Shown: piece after piece, positions 1-10,325 of the stretch
Position numbering within the stretch: the first letter of the stretch is position 1
Layout: the number at the start of each line of letters is the position of its first letter
Assembly: GCA_032718475.1 (NCBI GenBank)
Contig: JAUCBJ010007195.1
Coordinates: 1 to 64,000 of the forward strand
Reading direction: 5' to 3'
Source: Nemertoderma westbladi
Taxonomy: Eukaryota > Animalia > Xenacoelomorpha
Length of the DNA stretch: 64,000 nt
Notes under the pieces: model-generated
Seen by the model: only the letters and a program-made list of their open reading frames with translations
Databases searched by the model: none
What the model was told of the DNA's origin: nothing
Made by a program: the position numbers and the translations under genes

Positions 1-198
1 ATAATATTGTCAGAAATTATATAATACTGTCAGTCGAATAATACATTAGGCTTACATAGCAATAAAAATTAAACCGTCGAACCCAATCTCCCGGGAATAT
101 CCAGCGGGTGAATGGTCGCGCACGGATTGGTTTCGACTAGTGTAGTGAATCAAATACTTGTCATAGACTAAAAGCAGATTTAATATCTAGAAGACATC

Positions 199-1817
199 TT
201 AATTTGGTGGGTTAAACTGCCAAAGGTCTGAAAGCGCGAACACAATCCTCTCGATGGGCGGCACCCCTCCGAACTCGTCGTCGTCTTCCTCCTCCTCTGG
301 CAGTGGCTCCAACCCCGGTATCCCGATGGATCCCCTATGTCCCTTCCCGCCTTGGCTTTCGCCCGTAGCTCTCCATCCCTCTAGCTCCCTTAACTTCCTT
401 GGCGGTTGGTCGCCTTCGGCGCCCGCTGGTATGGGCATCGCTTGCAACCCCGATGTCGACTGTTTCGGCGATCCCACCGTCCATCCCAATTCTCGCCCTA
501 GAGACTCCCCCGAACTCCCTGATGAAGTCCAATGAAGTTCGTCTAAGCCTGCCTGTTCCTCGAAGCCATAACTCTGCGTCCTGGCCTCCTCCTCCCTCTC
601 CTCTGCTTCTATCCTCTCCCGTCTAGCTACTTCTTCCAGTCGCTTTGCCTCTCGTCTATCCGCCTCTAGCTGCTCCCATCTCTGATACGGCGTATCTGTC
701 TCCCCGTCTATCAGATGTCGGCTGTTGTAGTACACCGACTCGCCCTTCAGCCCCGGGTGGTCTACCAGACCATCGAAGGCCGTCTTGAAGGCTCTCCTGT
801 AGCTTAGGGGTATCCCGATAACAGAAATGCCGCTGGTTCCCTCTCGATAACCACGGTCATGAATAAGTTAAGCAAACTTATCATCATCCAATCTTCCTGC
901 AGGATATATCACTTCTGATATACCTTTATCGCTCCTCTCCGGAATTGATATACCTCTTGCTTTCCCGGTCTCGCTCCCCACTTTAGCGAGTTCACTAGTT
1001 CTGCTCCGTATTCCTCCCTGAACTTGCCCCAGTCCATCGGTTTGTGGCATACGAGCCCCAATAGCTGGCCCATTGCCACCGCCCCGCATTGGCCTGTGTT
1101 CCCGACTACCCCCAATCCACCTGGTGCCGTCATAGCCATGAAGACCTTCTGCATATCCAGGAGGTTGGTGGCGTCCGGACCGATGATTCTCTCCGCGTCC
1201 TCACGAATCGCCGATCCCACCTTCGTCGTCGACTTCTCTCTTACCAAGACTTGTACCGCTTTCGGCAACCGGTTTAGTTTTGGCCCGTCCTTCTTCCCAT
1301 ACGTTCCTAGATCGAATAAGAAAATGTCCCCATTTGGCGCGGCCAAATGTAGGAGTATGGTCCTGGCCGACCCCGCTGATCCTCGTCTCGAACCCTCATC
1401 GTCTTCCACGGTTCCCTCGTTGTCTAGGATCATATATCCTCCCCTGTTGACGGACTCTATGAATCTCTTCCAATCCTTCCTCGGTGAATCCCTCGGGTAC
1501 TTCGGAATCCGGAACCTCGCCTCGTCCCCTTTCACCACGTAGTGGAAGTGTTGGAAGATCGTGTTGTCCAGCGACGGCGTCCCGTAGGTCCCGACCAGCC
1601 GCTGTTCGTGCATCTCCCGGAAGTGGTCCTGCAGCGCTCGTGCCGCGTGACCCTTTTCCAACCTCTCGTAGTATCCTCTCGTCTTCTCTTCCGGATGCCT
1701 CTCGGTGAAATCCACCAGTGTCTCCTTTCCTCCTGACTCCGCCTTTCTCTTTCTGATCAGTTTTCCCGCCATTTCGAACTCCTCCGATCGCTCACCTATA
1801 AGGTGGTGCCTTACCAA
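199..1817 (-). pseudogene. Disrupted ORF encoding a WRN/RNase D-like (DEDDy, DnaQ superfamily) 3'-5' exonuclease domain with a charged C-terminal tail
   Basis: ORF 909-1817 has ExoI-like MILDNEG, LLHLA..G.IFLFDL, LPKAVQVLV.EKSTTKVGSAIRED (cf. WRN-exo LP..L..LL.D..I.KVG..I..D) and LLDMQ. Reading through TGA at 909-911 gives an ExoIII-like YQK*YILQED; a frameshift near 805-815 joins the frame of ORF 199-735. Confidence 0.7.
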
Positions 1818-2249
1818 GGCGCAATATAAGTGAGTGATGCAGTTAGGATGGTCTGTACGGTCCGATAATGGCCTATTTTCTATCTAACTACGCCCTTTTT
1901 AGCCTAATTTCTATTACTTAATTCTGTAGCTAACAAATGTACCCTATTTGCGATTTCTGTCCGTTGCTTTAATTATGTTCCAGAATAATTTTCCTCCTGT
2001 TACCATAATTTGTAATTTTCTTAGCCCTATTTATTCTATTTTATTTCTTATCTATTCCTACTATTTACTGCTTATGGATTATTCTATTTCATAATCCACA
2101 TTCTGACCTACGCTATGGGCCTGTGCAGTACAGCAGTATATGTCGCGTGGCCTACACGATCTATCCAACTGTACTCATATGCCCCCCTCTCGCTACTAAC
2201 TACTAACTAATATCTATACTATGTATACCCCTCCACCTCTATCTCTTAC

Positions 2250-2652
2250 TAATCGGTACTACGTACCCTCTTGCTACTCTCTAACTAACTAACGGTACTA
2301 CGTACCCTCTAACTCTTACTCTAACTATACTCTACTAACGGTACTACATACCCTCTTACTACTCTCACTCTAACTCTACTAACGGTACTACGTACCCTCT
2401 TACTACTCTCTTTCTAACTCTACTAACGGTACTACATACCTTCTAACTGACTAACTCTAGGTACTACATACCTTCTAACTAACTCCTAACTAACTAACTC
2501 TAGGTACTACGTACCTTCTAACTGACTAACTCTAGGTACTACGTACCTTCTAACTAACTCCTAACTAACTAACTCTAGGTACTACGTACCTTCTAACTGA
2601 CTAACTCTAGGTACTACGTACCTTCTAACTAACTCCTAACTAACTAACTCTA
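2250..2652. repeat. Array of ten GGTACTAC(G/A)TACC motifs separated by variable CTAA/CTA-rich spacers
   Basis: Motif copies near 2256, 2294, 2340, 2384, 2428, 2460, 2503, 2535, 2578 and 2610; GGTAC-TAC-GTACC is a short inverted repeat. Confidence 0.9.
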
Positions 2653-2760
2653 ATTTTTATTTATTTTATTTTTATTTTTATGTGTGGGAAGGGCGTATCG
2701 CCCTCAATCCCACCCCCCTCAGTCCAAACTTGGACGACTAAACTACACTCTAACTCCACC

Positions 2761-3114
2761 CTAAGGTGCCCCTTCTAATAGACAGCATTTCCCTACAGCT
2801 CTCCTGTAGGTTTTTCTGTCTTTCGCACCGATCTTTCCACCTATCCGCACTTCTACCGATCGGACTCTTCCGTCCTCATCGGAGTAAGTGCCTACGACTC
2901 TCGCCAACCGCCACTGGTTGTTGATGATAGTATCATCCGTAATGATTACGAGATCTCCCTCTCTTAACTCCCTATTTGACTTCCTCCACTTGCTTCTTTT
3001 ATGAAGCGTGGGTAGGTATTCCTCAACCCACCTCCTCCAATACTCTGCGCTTATTGCTTTAGCGACCTTCCAACTCTGGCGGGAATGTATGTCATCTGGG
3101 TCTACACCCCACAT
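2761..3114 (-). pseudogene. BEL/Pao Pol C-terminal domain (DUF5641-like)
   Basis: W......YWRRWVEEYLPTLHKRSKW.....LREGDLVII.DD.....W.LARV......DGRVRSVEVR....YRRAVGKCCLLE is the typical BEL/Pao post-integrase tail. Confidence 0.9.
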
Positions 3115-6100
3115 GTCTTAATGCTAACGGGATTATCCTGTAGGCCACCCGAGGTTATGCCTCTCAGTGTCTGCCTGATGATCTTGGCCGGGTGTCCGTA
3201 TTCCCTGTCCAGTGCCCGCCATGCTGTCGTGAAGCCGCCCTCTATGCCCTGATATTGCCTCACGATGTCGTATGCTGGGCCTCCTGTGTATACTTGCAAA
3301 TACTTTAGGCACTCCGCCTGCGTTAAGTTCTTTGTTAGTATTTCATTGCTATACATGCCGAAACTGGAGATATTCTTCCGGCCTACTCCCATCGAATTTG
3401 AATGGTTCCACTGGTGGTAGTTCGATCCTTGTTTTTAATGCATCGATCAATGTGGCCATTCCCATCGCCTGCGCTTCCAATGGATTCGATGGATGTTGTA
3501 TAGTTCCTCCTGTTGGGTGCGGTCCGCTCGTTCTATTTTCTGCCTTTCTATGGCTTGGGTATATCATTGGGGGTAGCGGCCCCCTCCATATTTCTGTGTC
3601 ACACGACCTATTTTCATCCAATGGTCTCGTTGTCCTTGCTCCTATCGGGGTATATTTTTGATATTGCGATGGGGGAATGTCACCCTGTCCCCCCCCCCCC
3701 CCACCGGTATGTTTGGTATTGGGGTTGATGTTAATATATTGGGGCCCATGCATCTATCCGCAATAATTCCCCCCTCCCCTGGGTATATGTTATATCCTTT
3801 CGTGCTGTAGTCATACTGCTGCACTGGCACCGGTATAGGCCTATCAGCTTCTGGCCTACCTGCCGGTATGTACTCCGCGACTTCCGGGTTTAATTCCGTT
3901 GTCCGCGCTATCCTATCGCCTACATTATTCCTGTCAGCATGGCCTAGGGTATGTGCAGTAAGGCCTACAGTATGTCCTACAGTCTGTATGTATTGCTCGG
4001 GATCGAAGTTTATTCTTCTCGAATAATCCTCCCCGCGGTCACCGTAATCTCGATCCGTAGCTATATCCCGTCGGAAAGTTTCTCTTCGACCCTCTCTACT
4101 ACTCTCATCTACGTGCCGGTACATCGCGTACCCCTCTCTCGACGCGTAACGCGTCTCGTTAGGTCTCGTCTCTCTGGGGTGACGGCAATCTCCCGAAGTT
4201 CGACCCCACCGACTCTCTCTTTCCATCTCGACTACCGACGGTTCGCTATCCGTCCTCGCTCTCCTGTAATTCGCGGCGATACTTCTTCTGCTGTCTTCTC
4301 TTCTTCTCCTCTCAGTGCAGTATTCCCGCTCGTGAGATCTCTCGTCGACCTCCCGGTTAAACTCCACTGTTCTTCTTCCCTCTTCTGATTGGGCTCGATG
4401 CTTCATCCGCCCTCTCGCGACGTCGACCTGCTTCTCTCTGCTCGATCGCACGCCGCTGGGGATACTCGCAATCCCCCTATTACTCTCTGTCGCCGGGTGT
4501 TGCGGTTTACCTGATTCGGCCCGCGCATTATCCGCTGACGGCTGTGGGACACTCTCTGCCCCCCCCTCTCGCCACTAACTTCATGTTGTGGGGCTCCTGT
4601 AGCCCCCCCCCCCCACTCGCCACATATCACACCGCTACCTCCAACCTCCCTTCTACACTCCTCTCCAGTCGACACAATGTTTCTACTGCGGCTGGGTTCG
4701 CTTACCCCTGCTTCTCTCTCCACTACTACTTGGCCTATCGGGCCTACTCCGGGTTGGCTCAACCCTGCCACCTCCTGCCTACTAAGTACGTGGCCTACCA
4801 GGCCACCGTCGGGTCGACTCAACCCCGCCACCTCCTGCCTGCTAACTACATGGCCTACCAGGCCACTGTCTGTCGGCTCATACACGTTCGACGCGTTCGC
4901 GTTAATAGCACCTATATTAGAAACGGAATTATTTTGTTCGTTCGAAATAGAATCATTTGGATTATTTTGCGTGACTACGTTATTTGAATTATTTTGTAAA
5001 TTTGGATTATTATTTAAATTATTTGAGTTATTATTATTTTCTAAATTTAAATTATTATTCGGATTATTTTGCACGTTTAAATCGAAATTATTATTTAAGC
5101 TATCTGTATTTAAATTCAAATTACTACTACCAGGCAAAGTATTTCCTGCAATATAAGTTTGGTTAGGATTATCCGATACGGTACCATTAATATTAACGTC
5201 GTCTACGGTAACATTATTATTACCCCCCCCCCCCCCCCCCGCCCGTACGGTCACACCAGTTTTGTGTCTGTTGTGCGGTCCCTGTAAGTGGGGTATTAAT
5301 AAATGTATCCACGGCCCCTGGCTCCTCGAGAATATTCGAGCCAGCCCCGCTCTCAGACGCCCCTATCCGCGCCAGTTCTAGTTCGCGTATGCGTCTAGCC
5401 TTGTACTCTATAAGCTCCCTTTGCTCTCTTTCCATTTTCTCTCGCTCACACTTCTCTCTTGCCACTCTCTCCCGATCCTCCCGTGCGTTCTGCTCGGCCA
5501 GTTCCCCCTCTCTCTTAGCTCGCTCCCTTCGTCTCGCCTCACGCTCTCTACGCTCACCTTCCTCTCTCGTCTCACGTTCCTTGCGTTCCTTTTCCTCTCT
5601 CGCCTCACGTTCCTTGCGTTCCTTTTCCTCTCTCGCCTCACGTTCCTTGCGTTCTGCCTCACGCTCCTTGCGTTCACTTTTCTCTCTCGCCACACGCTCC
5701 TCTTGTTCCCTCCTTTCTATTTCCTCACACTCCTTAAGGCTTTCCACGGCCTTCTCGGCCCTCTCCCTAGTTTCTCTAATCAGTACTGCTTCCCTCTCTA
5801 GTTGTATTTTCCCCTCCTCTAACCGTCTACTTAACTCTCTCTGACCTTGTTCTATCAGGTCGAGATGGTACGTGGCATTTATCTCTCTCACCCGTCTTTC
5901 TTTCACAGAGGATGTAGCAGACTTATCGGTTACGACGGATTCCCTCCGCCTTTCCGACCTACTAACTCTCCCCCCCTTCCCAGAACTTCTTCCGACCGAC
6001 GAGATCGAATCCTTGGCCTCAACCTCGGATTCGCCCTCCTCAGGTCTCCTCCAACCCGCAAATTTTACACCCTGGGCATCGACTAAGTATGGCCCTACAT

Positions 6101-6821
6101 ACACTGCACTAGGTTGCATACCCCTACACCGCCATAAATCACACAGTTCCTCTGCAACCCCTCTCGCTCTCTCCTTGGCCAGTTCTCTCTGCCCGAAACG
6201 CATTAGATAGCTAAAATGTCTATTCGACTCACCTAGTCCTCTCGCTAACTTCACCTCATCTATCTCCGTCCCCTTCTTGGCCTCCTTTAGTAGCTTCCGG
6301 GTCGTGTTGTAGGCCCGTCGAAGTGGCTCAGAAACCCCGACGTCCTCGTTACCGACCTCTCCTCCGTCTCTCCGGGTCCGACGTCGTACCGGCGGCCCCA
6401 CCGTCACCGTTCCGGTGGGCCGTCCGTCGCCCTCGGCCTGTGGCTGGCCGGCGACATTGGTACCGACATCTTCCTCGTCTCTCCAGGTCCGGCGTTGTAC
6501 CGTCGGCCCCACCATCGCCGTTTCGGTGGGCCGTTCGTCGCCCTCGGCCTGTGGCTGGCCGGCGACATCGGCACGTCGACCCTCGTTCCGTGTCGACTCG
6601 TCTCCTTCTCCTTCTAACTCACCCTCTCGGTCTCTCAACTCGACTCCCCCTCCTCTCGACTCGACCTCTGGCTCCAGACGGCCCCCCTCGTCCTGAACTG
6701 CCGGATCACCCGTTACCGATGGGTCCGGCGACGTGGGCCTATATCGCCTGGTCGCGGCCTCACGGATCGTTAGTTCTTCGTCCGGGGTCCGCGTCGGTGT
6801 CGTCTCTCCTGACTGACTCAT
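3102..6821 (-). pseudogene. Frameshifted BEL/Pao gag (long low-complexity/coiled-coil N-terminus, Asn-rich tract, DUF1759-like region)
   Basis: Overlapping minus-strand ORFs 5220-6860, 4403-5254, 3642-4451(open to 4574), 3349-3753 and 3102-3392; first ATG at 6821; internal coding repeats (EREAREEKERK, VAGQPQAEGD, GLVGHV.SRQEVAGLS). Confidence 0.75.
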
Positions 6822-7453
6822 CTTTCCTTCAGATTGGTGGCTGGTAGTTACTGAGTTCAACTAGGGCGGCAGCTCTGAATTTAATTACTGTCAGGGTAGC
6901 TGCTAGGCTTTAATTACTGTGACGGGATCCAAGAAGGATCCCGGTTTATCCGGTTTGCAATTCACGCGTCCCCGCCGTGTGTGAAAGATAAAGGAGTTTA
7001 CGTTGTTCGTTGTATATAATGTTCGGGATATGTATAGTATAGATATAGACAATGGATAAGATAAATGTTGTTGTATGCGGAAGGCGGGAAACGGTAATTA
7101 AAATCCCGGTACTTCCCTAGCTAAACTATTTCTACTGTAACACCAATAACACTGTGATAACTGAAGTGAGATGATTACTGGTATCTAATGATATATTGCA
7201 CGGTTTGGCCTTGCTACTGTACCTAGCCGATGCTTCCCCCCCTGATTGGCTAATATCCCTGTTGGCGCCCTTTGGAGTGTTCCCGTTCACTCCACCTATT
7301 CTCTCTCGGTTAGGGGTTTGGCCCCTGACCCTTATTGTGTTTCTCCTTCCCATTTGTTTGGGTGACACGAGGTTGGGTAATCAACCTCGTGCTCCCAATA
7401 TTGCTTAATGGTTAACTTTATGGGTTTGGGTTAGCGGAATTGAATAAGCTAAC

Positions 7454-7593
7454 AGTGCGAAATATCAACTGCATGATGATTCTTTCCAGAATCATAGCGC
7501 CAACCTCCTTTGGGAGATGTTAGACAAGTGGGAGTGTGTGGCTGACTACCACATCCAGGCGCAAATACGGTGGTTGCCGTTTAAAGCAGGATA
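7454..7593 (+). repeat. 140-bp direct duplicate of 8889-9028
   Basis: AGTGCGAAATATCAACTGCATG...TTTAAAGCAGGATA occurs at both positions with two visible mismatches. Confidence 0.95.
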
Positions 7594-7641
7594 TTTATGC
7601 GCGTGAGGGCGGACTGAGAGAGACCGGAGCCCATCATAACG

Positions 7642-9317
7642 ATGCAATATCGGCGAGGGAAGGATCCTAGAGAGCAGATCTTGGAGGTATGTAGGCGAGG
7701 GGGTATGCATGGAGCGGAGCGTATCGATGCCAGGATGTTACCCAAGAAAGTTAGAGAGGCGATTCTCAACCAGGATTACGTCAAGGTGGGATCAGGAGTC
7801 CAAAGTGATTTGGAGAGTGACTTCAACGCCATGATGGATTTGGAGGATCGATTGCTGAGACTGTTTGTCGACACCAAGCTATTATTGCTATGGGCGCAAG
7901 ATATTGGAATTTATAGGGAGTACCCAAACTCTGCTAAGACTGGTATGGGCTTTATAGCGCATTTGTTGTACAACTGGGACTTCAAGTTGAAGACACAAAA
8001 GGAATATGAGGAGGCGTACGGTGAATATAACACGCCGCCGGGAGCGGAGTTCAAATCCCACTTTAAGCAGCAAGCGATAGTGTATTGGAACATCTGCGCG
8101 CCACCCCGTGCGTCGCTGCAATATTACTTGGTACTGGAGTCGAACAAGGTAACTTGTTTAGTCGCGGATATCATTGCGCGAGTTCTGAAGCATCATCCAT
8201 TGGTGTTCGGAGGAGATCAATACGTTCGTTCGAAAGAAGGAATCCAATCCGACGTGATGAAGCGTTTCTTAACCCCGTTCTTCAACCAATCGCTAGAAAA
8301 CACGTCGATGGTTAGGAGAGGATTAGCGATATTCGAAAGAGTATATTGACAGAACATCGGACATTTGGGAGACCGACCTTTGATGGAGTATCCGACGCCA
8401 GAGGCCTTGGAGAAGTGGTTCGGGAATCAAACCCACGGGTTTGGTACTCCCGTCCTCTTGGAGGCAGATAGACCCGTTAGAGAGGGTTGGCCCGAGACAT
8501 TAGTGGAGGTGTTCGGAATGGATCTCCCGGTGGAGAAGACATATCCGAAACGGACGCGGGAGGAAATATTGGAGATCGAGGACAAAGGCGAGGATGTTTA
8601 CTTTGTTCCTTATCGATAACCTTTGACCGGAGAGGACAACATCATTTTAGACATTGGGAAGGAAGGGAGTGCGAAGCTGATTGGAGACCTCATATACGAG
8701 AGGGCCTGGTTTCCGCAAGCGCGTAGATGAAGTTGTGCGGCAGCACAAGGCATAGTCAAAAGTTGTGTGATGCTGTGGTAGAGGCGGCGCATAAGGTTTG
8801 CCGTTATTGCAACAAGACTGACCATTCATTCCATATGTGCACCATCTTCATTTCTCAGTATGGATATTGTGGGGTAAAGGGACACCGTAGTGCGAAATAT
8901 CAACTGCATGATGATTCTTTCCAGAATCATAGCGCCAACCTCCTTTGGGAGATGTTAGACAAGTGGGAGTGTGTGGCTGACTACCACATCCAGGCGCAAA
9001 TGTGGTGGTTGCCGTTTAAAGCAGGATACGGGTTCTGGGCGGTAGATCCATCACACATTGCCTACGAACCGTATTTGCAATCCCTACCGCAATACCAGGA
9101 GCTAATACTGACCACTCAAGACCTTCCGCAGAACACAGGAGTTATAGTCATTAGATCATATTTTCGACAGTTGAACATGGACAATAAGTACACCTGGAAT
9201 TTCATTGCTATTTGTGACAGAATAACCAGAGGTGTTTTTCAGAGACAAGAAAGGTGGTGCACGCGCGAGGAGATTGGAGGATGGCTGCTATACAATACCG
9301 CAACAAATTCTTGTTGA
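7642..9317 (+). pseudogene. 5'-truncated DEDDy-like 3'-5' exonuclease plus three CCHC zinc knuckles
   Basis: LPKKVREAILNQDYVKVGSGVQSDL...FVDT...KTGMGFIAHLLY...W...LQYYLVLES resembles the ExoII-ExoIII half of WRN-exo. ORFs 7642-8349 and 8365-8619 share a frame across premature stops; after a 1-bp shift near 8727 come [C]KLCGSTRHSQKLC, CRYCNKTDHSFHMC and degenerate YGYCGVKGHRSAKY. Confidence 0.65.
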
Positions 9318-10020
9318 CTCACATACGTGTGGGTTCATTGACCACCGAACGGGTGGAGGAGCAACGAACCGCGGCGCCCACAGCGACAACAACCGGAGCT
9401 CACAGCTCGCGGCAAGTACCAGAAGGAGGAGTCCTAGACAAGCGTCAAGTTAAGGACGAGCAGTTTCACTCTATTATCCACACACAGAGACTGCAACAAA
9501 AGGCACAAGGCGCGTCTGAAGGGCGCGCGTGCAATTGCAGAAGGAGGAGTTGGCGGAGGCGCCCGCAGGGACACGGCAAATGGGACGAGGCCGGGGGAGA
9601 AGCACCAGTCGAGAGATAGTCGGTGCTCAGGGAACGTCATCGCCGGTTCCGGGAAGTGACGCCTCACGGACACCGTCAACCGAATCTACAGGAGGAAGAT
9701 TAGTGTATCTGGGGAGGGGGCGAAAGAGAGGAGCAAGCCTGAAGAACCCAGGAGCAAGCCGATAATGCGATAATATCACGGAGCGACAGACTCTAGACAT
9801 ATACATCATCATCGCTCTGATGTATATCGTAGGATTTGATAAAATTATCGACTGGACTCGTATACACTAGTCGTATTCATATATTCTAGAATCTTTATAT
9901 TATAGTAAGAGCGAATATTAGCAGAGAGAGGCAAAGGAGGTGACTGGGGAGACAAACCTGTGGGTTTGGCTTACTCCTTTCACCTGCCCTAGCCGGGGAG
10001 TTTTACATTATTAGGTAGAC

Positions 10021-10203
10021 TGCAATGAAAGAGGCAATATTTTTGTAATTTAATTTGTATGTAGTAATCATTATGCAGTAAGAAAGCAATATTTTTTGTT
10101 TATTTGTATGTAGTAATCATTATGCAGTAAAGGAGATAATATTTTTGTAAATTTAATTTGTATGTAAAACCACTATGCAATACCTATGGCAATATTTTGT
10201 AAA
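10021..10203 (+). repeat. Three to four degenerate ~60-bp tandem copies
   Basis: GCAATATTTTTGT...TTTGTATGTAGTAATCATTATGCAGTAA repeated. Confidence 0.75.
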
Positions 10204-10325
10204 TATTAGAACTATTATAGGACCAAGTTATTAGATTATTTGAAAGTAAATTTATTTTGTTTATTTACATCACCCTATATTCTTCTACAATTGGAGGGAA
10301 ACATTGCTTGTTTCCCTTGGAGCAG

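Larger units (their letters stand above)
2761..7100 (-). mobile_element. Internally deleted BEL/Pao LTR retrotransposon (gag + integrase C-terminal tail); LTRs not identified, boundaries approximate
   Basis: Gag DUF1759-like motif (LPPVEPFKFDG..EEYLQF...LKYLQVYTGGPAYDIV...AWRALDREYGHP) abuts the BEL integrase tail; no protease, RT, RNase H or integrase core motifs between them. Confidence 0.85.

Noticed and set aside
254-6847. Plus-strand ORFs opposite the BEL gag and exonuclease
   Set aside because: Antisense shadow frames of purine-rich coding sequence; no recognisable motifs.
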